64,000 bases of DNA from positions 186,001 to 250,000 of the forward strand of contig OZ025722.1 of NCBI GenBank assembly GCA_964019335.1. Reading direction: 5' to 3'. The DNA is from Diplonema japonicum. Lineage: Eukaryota; Protista; Euglenozoa: Diplonemea. Under the pieces are notes generated by a model. That model ran no database searches. It worked only from the letters and a program-made list of their open reading frames with translations, and had not been told where the DNA came from. The stretch's first letter is position 1, and each line of letters starts with the position of its first letter. This document shows, piece by piece, positions 41,530-53,720 of this stretch. The translations under genes were made by a program, and so were the position numbers.

Positions 41530-42513
41530 ATGGCAATCCTCACTGTGGCGATGCTTGCAGCGGCGACTGTTGTGGTGGATGAGCCTGAGGGCCTGGACGC
41601 TCCTGGTGACTTCCCAGCAGGTTCGGGGAACGCCATCCCGGTGCTGGGCAGCAGCAACTTTTGCAACAGCGGCGGCTGCAAGCTTGGAGAAGGCGACTGC
41701 GACATTGGGGAGTGCGCAGCCACTCTCGGGTGTGGGCTCAACAACTGCAGGGCCATGAACCCTGGGATGGACCACGTTTTCCCTAGCTCCGCTGACTGCT
41801 GTGAACCCCTTCGTCCTTTCCACTATGAGTGGTGTGAGGGCAAGAAATGTGGCTTTGCTGAAGGTGACTGCGACAGGTCTGTTGTGGAGTGTGCCGATGG
41901 TCTCATCTGCGGGAGGAACAACTGCCGCGACATGAACCCTGGCGTCTCCGAGAGCCTCATCCCCTCTGGTGCCGACTGCTGCACCACGTGTGCGTCTGTC
42001 ACTTCTGTCAAGTCAGGCGGACCCATCATCTCCGCACCCCTCAAATTCGCGAACGGCAAGGTCGTGGCAACGGAGAGGACCCTCGCAAACCCGCCCACTA
42101 TGTTGGAAACCTCAAATGTGCACAGCCTCCCGGCACTTGTTTCTGGTGATAAAATTAAACTGGAGTGCTGTGCTTCGAAGGGGGAGCCCTGCAACTTCTT
42201 CGTTGCGGTGTACCACTGCCCCCCTTGCTCCCACAAGAAGAACGGTGGGATCCCCGCCTTCCTCGCCTCGGAGGGGTGGATGGGGTCGTCGTGCGCCCCC
42301 ATCTTCACCCCCACTGGTTCCTCCCAGTCGCAGACGATGACGGTCTTCCACAAGACCCTTGCTGCTGGGGAAGTGTTCGATATCCCTGTCACCGGTGATG
42401 CCCCGCACGTTGCAGTCTTCTCCACCACTGGGGTCGTGGATGCGGACTGGTGCCCCAAGAAGGCAACCGCCACGGGCACCACAGGACCCCACAGGCCGTG
42501 TGTGTGCTTGTGA
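41530..42513 (+). CDS. Secreted Cys-rich protein, type B copy 2
   Basis: Same translation as B copy 1. Confidence 0.88.
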   Translation: MAILTVAMLAAATVVVDEPEGLDAPGDFPAGSGNAIPVLGSSNFCNSGGCKLGEGDCDIGECAATLGCGLNNCRAMNPGMDHVFPSSADCCEPLRPFHYEWCEGKKCGFAEGDCDRSVVECADGLICGRNNCRDMNPGVSESLIPSGADCCTTCASVTSVKSGGPIISAPLKFANGKVVATERTLANPPTMLETSNVHSLPALVSGDKIKLECCASKGEPCNFFVAVYHCPPCSHKKNGGIPAFLASEGWMGSSCAPIFTPTGSSQSQTMTVFHKTLAAGEVFDIPVTGDAPHVAVFSTTGVVDADWCPKKATATGTTGPHRPCVCL

Positions 42514-43345
42514 TGATGTGGATTTTCTCAAGATGATAAACCAAAAAGAAAAAAACCTCCCCCTTTTTTTTTATTGACTTGTCTGACCAACGTGATTCGG
42601 GTAATGAACACTCCACCCGGCACGTACAAATGGCCAGTTACTCTTTTTTCATCCCCCCCCCGCCCCTTTTTTCTCCCCCTCTCTCTTGGTGCGCACATTG
42701 ACTGTGACGTGGCTTTTTTTCTTTTCCCCCCAGGTCTTTTCTTTTTCTCCGTTCTTTTTTGTGGGGGGGTGGCTTTTTGTAGCCCTGTGTGTGATCTAAT
42801 ATAAAAACCTTCTCTTTAAAAGAGCGGTGTCTTAATGAAAAGGGAAATGGCAACACATGACGGCAAGTAGAGGAGAGCCCCCCCCCCCCCCCCCCCCATC
42901 CGTGCGAAATAAATATTGGGCCGTTGCTAGCACGCGTCCTCCATCATATTCTGATTTTTTTCTATTCAAAACAAAAGTCTTCCTGCCCCCTGGTGGTGGT
43001 CGGTAAAACTTATTTACACCAAAGAAATCGTTATCTCCCCCGCCCTTCTCTTTTTATTTCCCTATCCCTTTCTTATCACTGCTGAGGCATGAATAAATTC
43101 ACGCTGCTTTGGGAGCAAATAAGTATCTTCGTGTGGTGCCGACTGGAAGAAGGATTTTTACACCATGGGACTCTATTTTTTGTCTTCAGGACGAAAAGTA
43201 GAGAATGTTATTTTTAGAAAGAGTTGTCGCAAAACTCGAGCGAATCCCCCCCCCCCCTCTCTCTCTCTCTTCTCTCGCCCCCTTTTTATACCATTTCTAC
43301 CATGATGCGACGTCCTTTAAAGAAATACAAGAAACCTCCAAAAAC

Positions 43346-44350
43346 ATGACGATGTCACTTTCTGTTCTTGCTGCAGTGGTCGTGGTGTCGACGCAGCGTG
43401 CGGACACCCTTCAGGAGCCCGACCGCAACCACAACGAGCCTGTGGCCAGCGGGAACAGTCTGGCAGTGCCCGGTGACTGGGAATACTGCACCGATGCTGC
43501 TGCGTGTGGGTTGGGTTTTGGGGACTGCGACACTGACTCCCAGTGTCAGGGTGACCTCGTCTGTGGCACAAACAACTGTCTGGCAATGAACCCCAACAAG
43601 CCGGGTGTCTACAACTCCGGCAGTGACTGCTGCGAACCATGGCAGCCCCTCCCTCTCTTCCACATCGACTACTGCTCGAAGCTCCCCGGTAGGTGTGGTT
43701 ATGGAGAGGGAGACTGCGATGGGAATGGGCAGTGCAAGGACGGTCTCATTTGCGGATACAACAACTGCAGGGCAATGCACCCCCACCTGTCGTTCGCTGG
43801 TTGGGAGGACTGCTGCGTCTCGTGCGGTGGAGTCTTCACGGTGCAAGGTGGGGCCACCACGTTCCACCCCAGTACTCAGTTCACCGGCAGGCAGTTGGTG
43901 TCAGCAGAGAGGACCCTCGCAAACCCGCCCACTATGTTGGAGACCTCAGATGTGTACAGCCTCCCGGCACTTGTTTCTGGTGATGGGATTAAACTGGAGT
44001 GCTGTGCTTCGAAGGGGGAGCCCTGCAACTTCTTCGTTGCGGTGTACCACTGCCCCCCTTGCTCCCACAAGAAGAACGGTGGGATCCCCGCCTTCCTCGC
44101 CTCGGAGGGGTGGATGGGGTCGTCGTGCGCCCCCATCTTCACCCCCACTGGTTCCTCCCAGTCGCAGACGATGACGGTCTTCCACAAGACCCTTGCTGCT
44201 GGGGAAGTGTTCGATATCCCTGTCACTGGTGATGCCCCGCACGTTGCAGTCTTCTCCACCACTGGGGTCGTGGATGCGGACTGGTGCCCCAAGAAGGCAA
44301 CCGCCACGGGCACCACAGGACCACACAGGCCGTGTGTGTGCCTTGCGTGA
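43346..44350 (+). CDS. Secreted Cys-rich protein, type A' copy 2
   Basis: Same translation as A' copy 1. Confidence 0.88.
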   Translation: MTMSLSVLAAVVVVSTQRADTLQEPDRNHNEPVASGNSLAVPGDWEYCTDAAACGLGFGDCDTDSQCQGDLVCGTNNCLAMNPNKPGVYNSGSDCCEPWQPLPLFHIDYCSKLPGRCGYGEGDCDGNGQCKDGLICGYNNCRAMHPHLSFAGWEDCCVSCGGVFTVQGGATTFHPSTQFTGRQLVSAERTLANPPTMLETSDVYSLPALVSGDGIKLECCASKGEPCNFFVAVYHCPPCSHKKNGGIPAFLASEGWMGSSCAPIFTPTGSSQSQTMTVFHKTLAAGEVFDIPVTGDAPHVAVFSTTGVVDADWCPKKATATGTTGPHRPCVCLA

Positions 44351-45513
44351 AGGGGTTTCCCATCCGATGTGCACAAAAAACAATAACAACTGACCCTCTC
44401 TCTCCCTCTCTCTTTTTTCTTCTTTTCTATTCTTTTTTTTTAACCTCTGCAAGCCGCAGATTAGTGCAAATTTGAATTTATTTGCAGTCTCACGTCTATT
44501 GGCGTCGGCCTTCAGGGGTGCTGGTTTTTTTTTTTTTTTTTAGTTTATTTTTTTTTCACCACAATCCTCCCATTATTGTCTGTTCTTGAACAGTGAGCAC
44601 CCCCCCCCCCCCCCCCCCTAGCTCACTGAAACGGTATCAAAGGTTTTCTTTTTCTACAATACTTGAGTGGGGTTCTGCGTTCCTCTTTGCTCTATAATTA
44701 GTTTTCAGAAATTTATATTCATGAGACAACTAACTGTAGATTTATTTAGAGGGTCAGCATAAGCACGTAATTTCCTTATGTTGCTCTGTTTTCTCTTTTT
44801 TTTATGATGAACGGAAACTCACTTTTTATTGTAGTTATCAAAAAGAATGTTAACAATGTAATTGCGTTACACATAATCTTTTTTTTTTTATTACGAAGAA
44901 AAGAAAATTGTAACCATTGCCCTTTGTTCTTTTTTGATAAGCAGCACGAATTACAGTAAAAGACATTCTTTTTTTTCTTCTTCTTTTATTTCCCGATTCC
45001 CTTCTTCTCACTGTTAAGGCTTGAATAAATTCACGCTGCTTTGGGAGCAATAGGTATGGGAAGAATACCAAGGGAGGGGGGGCACCCCTCCAATCCAAAG
45101 GGAAGAAAAGAAGAAAACACAAAAGGCTTCACTACAAATACGTTCTCATTTCATGCACCGTAAAACTTATTTACACCAAAGAAATCGTTATCTCCCCCGC
45201 CCTTCTCTTTTTATTTCCCTATCCCTTTCTTATCACTGCTGAGGCATGAATAAATTCACGCTGCTTTGGGAGCAAATAAGTATCTTCGTGTGGTGCCGAC
45301 TGGAAGAAGGATTTTTACACCATGGGACTCTATTTTTTGTCTTCAGGACGAAAAGTAGAGAATGTTATTTTTAGAAAGAGTTGTCGCAAAACTCGAGCGA
45401 ATCCCCCCCCCCCCCCCCCCCCTCTCTCTCTCTCTCTTCTCTCGCCCCCTTTTTATACCATTTCTACCATGATGCGACGTCCTTTAAAGAAATACAAAGA
45501 AACCTCCAAAAAC

Positions 45514-46518
45514 ATGACGATGTCACTTTCTGTTCTTGCTGCAGTGGTCGTGGTGTCGACGCAGCGTGCGGACACCCTTCAGGAGCCCGACCGCAACCAC
45601 AACGAGCCTGTGGCCAGCGGGAACAGTCTGGCAGTGCCCGGTGACTGGGACTACTGCACCGATGCTGCTGCGTGTGGGTTGGGTTTTGGGGACTGTGACA
45701 CTGACTCCCAGTGTCAGGGTGACCTCCACTGTGGCACAGACAACTGTCTGGCAATGAACCCCAACAAGCCGGGTGTCTACAGCTCCGGCAGTGACTGCTG
45801 CGACGTATTGCAGCCCTTTCACATCGACTACTGCTGGAAGACCCCCGGTGGGTGTGGTTATGGAGAGGGAGACTGCGATGGGGATGGTGAGTGCAAGGAC
45901 GGCCTCGTGTGCGGATACGACAACTGCAGGGCAATGCACCCCGATGTTCCCCCCAACAGGTTCATTGGGTGGGAGGACTGCTGCGTCTCGTGCGGTGGAG
46001 TCTTCACGGTGCAAGGTGGGGCCACCATGTTCCACCCCAGTACTCAGTTCACCGGCAGGCAGTTGGTGTCAGCAGAGAGGACCCTCGCAAACCCGCCCAC
46101 TATGTTGGAGACCTCAGATGTGTACAGCCTCCCGGCACTTGTTTCTGGTGATGGGATTAAACTGGAGTGCTGTGCTTCGAAGGGGGAGCCCTGCAACTTC
46201 TTCGTTGCGGTGTACCACTGCCCCCCTTGCTCCCACAAGAAGAACGGTGGGATCCCCGCCTTCCTCGCCTCGGAGGGGTGGATGGGGTCGTCGTGCGCCC
46301 CCATCTTCACCCCCACTGGTTCCTCCCAGTCGCAGACGATGACGGTCTTCCACAAGACCCTTGCTGCTGGGGAAGTGTTCGATATCCCTGTCACTGGTGA
46401 TGCCCCGCACGTTGCAGTCTTCTCCACCACTGGGGTCGTGGATGCGGACTGGTGCCCCAAGAAGGCAACTGCCACGGGCACCACAGGGCCCCACAGACTG
46501 TGCGTGTGCGTTGTATGA
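45514..46518 (+). CDS. Secreted Cys-rich protein, type C copy 2
   Basis: Same translation as C copy 1. Confidence 0.88.
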   Translation: MTMSLSVLAAVVVVSTQRADTLQEPDRNHNEPVASGNSLAVPGDWDYCTDAAACGLGFGDCDTDSQCQGDLHCGTDNCLAMNPNKPGVYSSGSDCCDVLQPFHIDYCWKTPGGCGYGEGDCDGDGECKDGLVCGYDNCRAMHPDVPPNRFIGWEDCCVSCGGVFTVQGGATMFHPSTQFTGRQLVSAERTLANPPTMLETSDVYSLPALVSGDGIKLECCASKGEPCNFFVAVYHCPPCSHKKNGGIPAFLASEGWMGSSCAPIFTPTGSSQSQTMTVFHKTLAAGEVFDIPVTGDAPHVAVFSTTGVVDADWCPKKATATGTTGPHRLCVCVV

Positions 46519-47204
46519 AGGGTTTCAAAAATGCCTCTCTCTCTCTCTCTCTTTATTCTTTTCTATTCCTTTTTAACCCCTGCAAGCCGCAGATTATCGC
46601 AAGCGTTGAATCTGTATAATCAGTCTTCCGGGTGCCCCCCTCCCCCCAACCCTTTGTTTAATAATGATCAAGGACTTGATGCAATGTGCCGGAGCAAGAA
46701 AGCTTTAGCAGGTAGAAAAAAAAGGAAAAAGAATTCTCCGTCCCGCCCCCCCCTTTTTGTCCTGCGTTTCTTGATCTGTGGAGGCGTCAAGCCAAGAATG
46801 ATGTTATTACGTTATTTATTTCTCTAATTCTAAAAGCACCCCCATATCTCTAAACCCGATTGCCTTTGTCAGAAGGAAAACGTATCACACATATCACAGC
46901 TGTTGTTTTGAAGAGAAAAAAAAAAAAAACCATCCTGTCGACGGGTTGAGCGATGTGAGGTGTTCGGTTTTTTATTCCTCTTTTATGTGGGATTCTGCGC
47001 TACTCTTGCTTCTTTAACTATTCTAGACTTATTTGGGTTCAGCGCTTTGGTTTCATTTCCTTTCTTATCACTGCAGAGGCTTGAATACATTCACGCCGCC
47101 ACCTTAGGAGCAAACAGGCACCTTTTTTTTTTTTTTACACCTCCATTTTTTTGTGTCGCTCAGGACAACAGAAAAGAATGGATTGGGGGGGAAAGAAAGA
47201 AGAG

Positions 47205-47238
<34 letters not shown>

Positions 47239-47449
47239 ATAGCTAGCAATTGTTCGTTTACAAAATCTTTACAAAGCTGTTCCTACGGACCGCCTGCAAC
47301 ACCTTGCCACCCAAAGGCCCTGTCCATTTTCCTTTTTTATTGAAAGGCTACACTACAAAAACGAACGTTCATTTCATTCCACCCCACCCCCTTTTTTTCA
47401 TAAACCTCTCTTTCCCCTTCCTGCGTTACAACCAACAACAACAAATATA

Positions 47450-48775
47450 CATAGTATCCAGGGTTAACCGATCACCCGCGGGTTTTTAATTACAATCGGG
47501 TGACGTCAAATGAAAGGCGAGCGTGCAACCATGCTTAAAACCCTTATATTCGTATCCCGGGCCCCCCAGATACACAAAGCCGACCCCAGGGAGCATCAAA
47601 ACGACTTAGAAAAGGATTATTTTCCCGAAAAGCTGGTTTTTCCCTTTTTTTGGCGGTTTTTCTTCTTTTTTCTGTTTAAATAGGAGCGAAATCAAAAATC
47701 AATAATTAGAACGGGAGGAGAGCGTGCAACCATACTTATAACCCTTCTATTCGTCTCCCGGACCTCCCAGGTACACAAAGCCTGCATCGAAACGACTTAG
47801 AAAAGGATTATTTTCCCGAAAATCGGGATTTTCCTTGTTTTTGGCGAGTTTTTAACTAGGCGCGAAAGTTAATAATGAAAAACATTGAAACTTGAACGGG
47901 AAGTGTGGCAATGCACAAAGTAAGGGGGGCGCCACCACAGAGAACTGAATGCACACACAGCGATGAACGCCCAATTTCTTACCTCCCTGCTTGCAACCCG
48001 GCGTGCCTGAGAACGTGGTGCCTGTCAGACGAACAGAGCACCGCTGATGTCCTGGTTCAGGTACAAGAACAACAGCTGCCTTCGTACGTCTGGTGTGAGG
48101 CGGACGCGACGCATCTCTCCGAACTTGGCGTCGATCCCGCGTCCGCGTCCACGGCTGTTACCACAGGCTGCGCGTACAGCAGCGACAAGGCCCTGTCATG
48201 CAAAACAGGGAGAGCAGCTTTCTGAGCCAGCCACCACGCTTCGATATCGAATGAGGTACTCGTCTCAAGGCTGTGGTCCATTTGGGCTATGGCCGAGTAG
48301 GACAGCCATTCCCCCTCTCTTGCAGAGGTAGGCTGTCGCGTACCGTTGCGAAGCCGCGCTAGAAAAACTAGTTGATGGCAGCGTAATGAGCTATTTTTAT
48401 TGGGTAAAATTCCGCTCGTGCGCATAAACAGACCCTGACCCGGTATATATTAACAAGTCTGAAAACCAGTTTTTTTCAAAACTGCATTTAAAGCCTTAAA
48501 TAAGGCTCTATTTTGGGTTTTAATGGCTGGAATGGGCTCAGATCGTCAAAATAGGGTTTTTGAAAAAAAAAAAAAAAAAAAAAAAATTGAGCATGGTCTT
48601 GGTATTTTTTGCCAGAAATATGGGTTTTGGATCGATCAAACCGATCATAAATTTAAAAAAAACCGATCCGAAATTACAAAAAAACCCATCATTAACCCGA
48701 CTGTGATCGAAAATCTAAAATTGCTAGGGTCGGGTTTCAAAACCCGAAGGTGATCGGTTAACCCTGGATACTATG
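47450..48775 (-). mobile_element. Non-autonomous hAT element, copy 2 (1326 bp)
   Basis: Same TIRs and TSD as copy 1; lacks 9 bp (AGGAGAACA) near 48136. Confidence 0.9.
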
Positions 48776-48816
48776 AATATAGATTATAAAAAAAAAAAAG
48801 AGAAACCTCCAAAAAC

Positions 48817-49821
48817 ATGACGATGTCACTTTCTGTTCTTGCTGCAGTGGTCGTGGTGTCGACGCAGCGTGCGGACACCCTTCAGGAGCCCGACCGCAAC
48901 CACAACGAGCCTGTGGCCAGCGGGAACAGTCTGGCAGTGCCCGGTGACTGGGACTACTGCACCGATGCTGCTGCGTGTGGGTTGGGTTTTGGGGACTGTG
49001 ACTGGGACTCCCAGTGTCAGGGTGACCTCGTCTGTGGCACAAACAACTGTCTGGCAATGAACCCCAACAAGCCGGGTGTCTACAACTCCGGCAGTGACTG
49101 CTGCGAACCATGGCAGCCCCTCCCTCTCTTCCACATCGACTACTGCTGGAAGCTCCCTGGTGGGTGTGGTTATGGAGAGGGAGACTGCGATGGGAATGGG
49201 CAGTGCAAGGACGGTCTCATTTGCGGATACAACAACTGCAGGGCAATGCACCCCCACCTGTCGTTCGCTGGTTGGGAGGACTGCTGCGTCTCGTGCGGTG
49301 GAGTCTTCACGGTGCAAGGTGGGGCCACCATGTTCCACCCCAGTACTCAGTTCACCGGCAGGCAGTTGGTGTCAGCAGAGAGGACCCTCGCAAACCCGCC
49401 CACTATGTTGGAGACCTCAGATGTGTACAGCCTCCCGGCACTTGTTTCTGGTGATGGGATTAAACTGGAGTGCTGTGCTTCGAAGGGGGAGCCCTGCAAC
49501 TTCTTCGTTGCGGTGTACCACTGCCCCCCTTGCTCCCACAAGAAGAACGGTGGGATCCCCGCCTTCCTCGCCTCGGAGGGGTGGATGGGGTCGTCGTGCG
49601 CCCCCATCTTCACCCCCACTGGTTCCTCCCAGTCGCAGACGATGACGGTCTTCCACAAGACCCTTGCTGCTGGGGAAGTGTTCGATATCCCTGTCACTGG
49701 TGATGCCCCGCACGTTGCAGTCTTCTCCATTACTGGGGTCGTGGATGCGGACTGGTGCCCCAAGAAGGCAACCGCCACGGGCACCACAGGACCACACAGG
49801 CCGTGTGTGTGCCTTGCGTGA
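48817..49821 (+). CDS. Secreted Cys-rich protein, type A copy 3
   Basis: Same translation as A copy 2. Confidence 0.88.
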   Translation: MTMSLSVLAAVVVVSTQRADTLQEPDRNHNEPVASGNSLAVPGDWDYCTDAAACGLGFGDCDWDSQCQGDLVCGTNNCLAMNPNKPGVYNSGSDCCEPWQPLPLFHIDYCWKLPGGCGYGEGDCDGNGQCKDGLICGYNNCRAMHPHLSFAGWEDCCVSCGGVFTVQGGATMFHPSTQFTGRQLVSAERTLANPPTMLETSDVYSLPALVSGDGIKLECCASKGEPCNFFVAVYHCPPCSHKKNGGIPAFLASEGWMGSSCAPIFTPTGSSQSQTMTVFHKTLAAGEVFDIPVTGDAPHVAVFSITGVVDADWCPKKATATGTTGPHRPCVCLA

Positions 49822-50789
49822 AGGGGTTTCCCATCCGATGTGCACAAAAAACAATAACAACTGACCCTCTCTCTCCCTCTCTCTCTTTTTTTTCTGTTCT
49901 ATTCTTTTTTTTTTAACCTCTGCAAGCCGCAGATTAGTGCAAATTTGAATTTATTTGCAGTCTCACGTCTATTGGCGTCGGCCTTCAGGGGTGCTGGTTT
50001 TTTTTTTTTTTTTAGTTTATTTTTTTTCACCACAATCCTCTCATTATTGTCTGTTCTTGAACAGTGAGCGCCCCCCCCCCCCCCCCCCCAGCTCACTGAA
50101 ACGGTATCAAAGGTTTTCTTTTTCTACAATACTTGAGTGGGTTTCTGCGTTCCTCTTTGCTCTATAATTAGTTTTCAGAAATTTATATTCATGAGACAAC
50201 TAACTGTAGATTTATTTAGAGGGTCAGCATAGTAATTTCCTCATGCCCCCCCCCCCCCCCCCCCCACAATGTAATTGCGTTACACATAATCTTTTTTTTT
50301 ATTACGAAGAAAAGAAAATTGTAACCATTGCCCTTTGTTCTTTTTTGATAACAGTAGAAGACATTCCTTTTTTTCTTCTTCTTCTTTTATTTCCCGATTC
50401 CCTTCTTCTCACTGTTGAGGCTTGAATAAATTCACGCCGCTTTGGGAGCACACCAAGGGAGGGGGCACCCCTCCAATCGAAAGGGTCTGTTAGAATGAGC
50501 TCTTACACTCACCAGCGAATCGAAGTTATCAACATCATCCTGTTAGTCATCTTCTGATATAATATGATAGAGAAGGGGGAAAAAAAGAAGAAAACACAAA
50601 AGGCTTCACTACAAATTCGTTCTCATTTCATGCACCGAGAAGGGGGGAAGAAAAGAAACACAAAACCACCCCCTACTACCCCTTTTTTATACCATTTCTA
50701 CCATGATCCACGTAACAAAAAATAACTACACAAAGTGTTTATTCTGTTTAAAAAAAAAAAAAAAAGAAAAAAAGAAAAAAAGAGAGAAA

Positions 50790-51773
50790 ATGGCAATCCT
50801 CACTGTGGCGATGCTTGCAGCGGCGACTGTTGTGGTGGATGAGCCTGAGGGCCTGGACGCTCCTGGTGACTTCCCAGCAGGTTCGGGGAACGCCATCCCG
50901 GTGCTGGGCAGCAGCAACTTTTGCAACAGCGGCGGCTGCAAGCTTGGAGAAGGCGACTGCGACATTGGGGAGTGCGCAGCCACTCTCGGGTGTGGGCTCA
51001 ACAACTGCAGGGCCATGAACCCTGGGATGGACCACGTTTTCCCTAGCTCCGCTGACTGCTGTGAACCCCTTCGTCCTTTCCACTATGAGTGGTGTGAGGG
51101 CAAGAAATGTGGCTTTGCTGAAGGTGACTGCGACAGGTCTGTTGTGGAGTGTGCCGATGGTCTCATCTGCGGGAGGAACAACTGCCGCGACATGAACCCT
51201 GGCGTCTCCGAGAGCCTCATCCCCTCTGGTGCCGACTGCTGCACCACGTGTGCGTCTGTCACTTCTGTCAAGTCAGGCGGACCCATCATCTCCGCACCCC
51301 TCAAATTCGCGAACGGCAAGGTCGTGGCAACGGAGAGGACCCTCGCAAACCCGCCCACTATGTTGGAAACCTCAAATGTGCACAGCCTCCCGGCACTTGT
51401 TTCTGGTGATAAAATTAAACTGGAGTGCTGTGCTTCGAAGGGGGAGCCCTGCAACTTCTTCGTTGCGGTGTACCACTGCCCCCCTTGCTCCCACAAGAAG
51501 AACGGTGGGATCCCCGCCTTCCTCGCCTCGGAGGGGTGGATGGGGTCGTCGTGCGCCCCCATCTTCACCCCCACTGGTTCCTCCCAGTCGCAGACGATGA
51601 CGGTCTTCCACAAGACCCTTGCTGCTGGGGAAGTGTTCGATATCCCTGTCACCGGTGATGCCCCGCACGTTGCAGTCTTCTCCACCACTGGGGTCGTGGA
51701 TGCGGACTGGTGCCCCAAGAAGGCAACCGCCACGGGCACCACAGGACCCCACAGGCCGTGTGTGTGCTTGTGA
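50790..51773 (+). CDS. Secreted Cys-rich protein, type B copy 3
   Basis: Same translation as B copy 1. Confidence 0.88.
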   Translation: MAILTVAMLAAATVVVDEPEGLDAPGDFPAGSGNAIPVLGSSNFCNSGGCKLGEGDCDIGECAATLGCGLNNCRAMNPGMDHVFPSSADCCEPLRPFHYEWCEGKKCGFAEGDCDRSVVECADGLICGRNNCRDMNPGVSESLIPSGADCCTTCASVTSVKSGGPIISAPLKFANGKVVATERTLANPPTMLETSNVHSLPALVSGDKIKLECCASKGEPCNFFVAVYHCPPCSHKKNGGIPAFLASEGWMGSSCAPIFTPTGSSQSQTMTVFHKTLAAGEVFDIPVTGDAPHVAVFSTTGVVDADWCPKKATATGTTGPHRPCVCL

Positions 51774-51847
51774 TGATGTGGATTTTCTCAAGATGATAAA
51801 CCAAAAAGAAAAAAACCTCCCCCTTTTTTTTTATTGACTTGTCTGAC

Positions 51848-52560
51848 CAACGTGATTCGGGTAATGAACACTCCACCCGGCACGTACAAATGGCCAGTTA
51901 CTCTTTTTTCATCCCCCCCCCGCCCCTTTTTTCTCCCTCTCTCTCTTGGTGCGCGCATTAAGAATGACGCGGTGTCTTTGAAAGAAATCTTTTTTTTAAA
52001 AAAACCCCCCTCCTTTTGATGACGTCATAGTTACACAAATTCCTTTATTTGTGGCGTTTCCAAATGTTGCGGGAAACCTCAGAGCCTCTTATTCTCTTTA
52101 TTCCCCCTCCCCCCCTTTCATGTCTCTTCTTCTGTTCTTCTTCTTCTTCCCTTTTTCCTGTTGTAGAAAGGAACCGTGCTGAAGGGCGGTTTCTCCTCTG
52201 TGAGTCTCACCGTGTGACTTATGAACAAGGTAAGGACCTGCATGAGGGCTAGAGAGGGAAGAAGTTTATCTCGTGGAAGACGACGAAGAAGATTTTGGGT
52301 TTTTCTTTTGTCACACACCCCCCTCCCGCTTCCTTTCTATGACGCACCAGTGAATTCAGGATCATCAAGCGTCAAGAGAAAACAAACGAAAAAATGCGGT
52401 CTCTCCTTCCATCTTCCCGCGGCTTTTTTATTTGTAGCCCTGTTTCTCTTTTTTTTTAAAAGAATGTTGTCTTATGAAAAAAAAAAGAAAAGACACAAAA
52501 GTCGGGGGGGGGGGGGGGGGGGGACGGAAGTCTCCACCCGTGCGAAAGAAAAATTGGGCC
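51848..52560 (+). repeat. Diverged duplicate of 55780-56500 (3' spacer of a B-type gene)
   Basis: Shared blocks CAACGTGATTCGGGTAATGAAC, AAGAATGACGCGGTGTCT, a 104-nt identical block, TGACGCACCAGTGAATTCAGG. Confidence 0.85.
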
Positions 52561-52687
52561 GTTGTCTGAACGCGTCCTCCATCATATCGATTTTTTTTTA
52601 TTTTTTTATTTTTGTCTTTTTTATTTTTGTCTCACCGCGGTGGAGCAATTTAAAAAGAAAAAATGGAAATAAAAAAAGTCTGCCTAC

Positions 52688-52723
<36 letters not shown>

Positions 52724-53110
52724 CCGTCCCTCCCCCACTTTTTGAAATAATAAATTTGTACACTGCAAGAAACTCTACAGGATGGGGAAGAAAAAAAAAA
52801 TGTAGCCCCTTCAAGAGAAAAGGCAAAAAAAATCTCAAGGGCAAGGAACTGCTCTGGAAATCCTGCAGTGAGAGTACCCTTGTATCCACGTTACTTAATT
52901 AAACGTCAGGGCCGTTCCTTTTTTTTTTTGAAGTCACTCGCGCTCTTTTTGACCAAGCTTCCTCGTCGCGAATCGGTCATGAGAACCTAGGTAACTGGGT
53001 GTCTTGAGGCACTTCCAGACCACTTACCAACGTAGTGGTGTTGTAAGTTGTAAAAAAGAAATACAAATTAAAAAAAAGAAAAGCACGCGTTGAATCTGCA
53101 CTGAACACTG

Positions 53111-53255
53111 TTGTGTTGTGTTGTGTTGTGTTGTGTTGTGTTGTGTTGTGTTGTGTTGTGTTGTGTTGTGTTGTGTTGTGTTGTGTTGTGTTGTGTTGTG
53201 TTGTGTTGTGTTGTGTTGTGTTGTGTTGTGTTGTGTTGTGTTGTGTTGTGTTGTG
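53111..53255. repeat. (TTGTG)29 microsatellite
   Basis: Perfect pentanucleotide repeat. Confidence 0.98.
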
Positions 53256-53420
53256 ACCGTACACCGCACCCCTTCTTTCCACACCAGATATCCCCCACGA
53301 TACACACTCACGACACGCCTCAGCCCATCAACACTGTGATGAAATAAACACAGAATAAGAGATGAGATAGAGGAGGTTCCTGTTCTGGAACGTCCTTGTC
53401 TACTTATCTCTACTTATCTA

Positions 53421-53720
53421 CCCCTTTCCTTGTTCTTGAAGTCTAGTACGAGTTCCATTGTGGTGACTCGTCTTCCTCGGTCCGTCGTACACTTCAGATT
53501 CCTGAGCTACTTGATAATGTCTTCTCCGTGCTTCATCATCAGGCTCCCGCTCACATGCTTCTTCATCTCCTACCACTCAGGTGGTGCGCATGAGCGTTTC
53601 CTTCCGTTATCTGTTCCCAGGGGTGCGTCGTGTACGTTTCTAGCATTCTCTTGTCCTGGAGAAGCCGGTCTCGTTTTGCCACCATTTCCAGCAAGCTGTA
53701 CTCCGTCTTCCTCAGCCGGT
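53421..53720 (-). mobile_element. Decayed fragment related to the retroelement at 54214-55779
   Basis: Minus-strand translation RKTEYSLLEMVAKRD...IIK*LRNLKCTTDRGRRVTTMELVLDF parallels LVQKYLLEVVTRRD...VLRWLGGLLWDDAPGRHTAVTTLELALDF. Confidence 0.6.

Larger units (their letters stand above)
30263..51955 (+). repeat. Tandem duplication: ~2.3 copies of a ~9.26-kb unit (genes A-B-A'-C + hAT)
   Basis: A starts at 30299/39558/48817 (period 9259); B starts at 32271/41530/50790; the third unit departs from the others at ~51955. Confidence 0.95.

Noticed and set aside
30308-51791. Recurrent antisense and alternate-frame ORFs over the Cys-rich genes
   Set aside because: Shadows of GC-rich coding sequence that recur only because the genes are duplicated
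52338-52382. TGACGC...GCGTCA hairpin followed by AGA as an H/ACA-like (AGA-box) snoRNA
   Set aside because: The hairpin is too short and the pocket-to-AGA distance is below the usual 14-16 nt
52977-53347. ORFs with (HNTTQ)n or (CCVVL)n repeats; CRISPR- or telomere-like array
   Set aside because: Simple (TTGTG)n microsatellite without spacers; not TTAGGG and located internally
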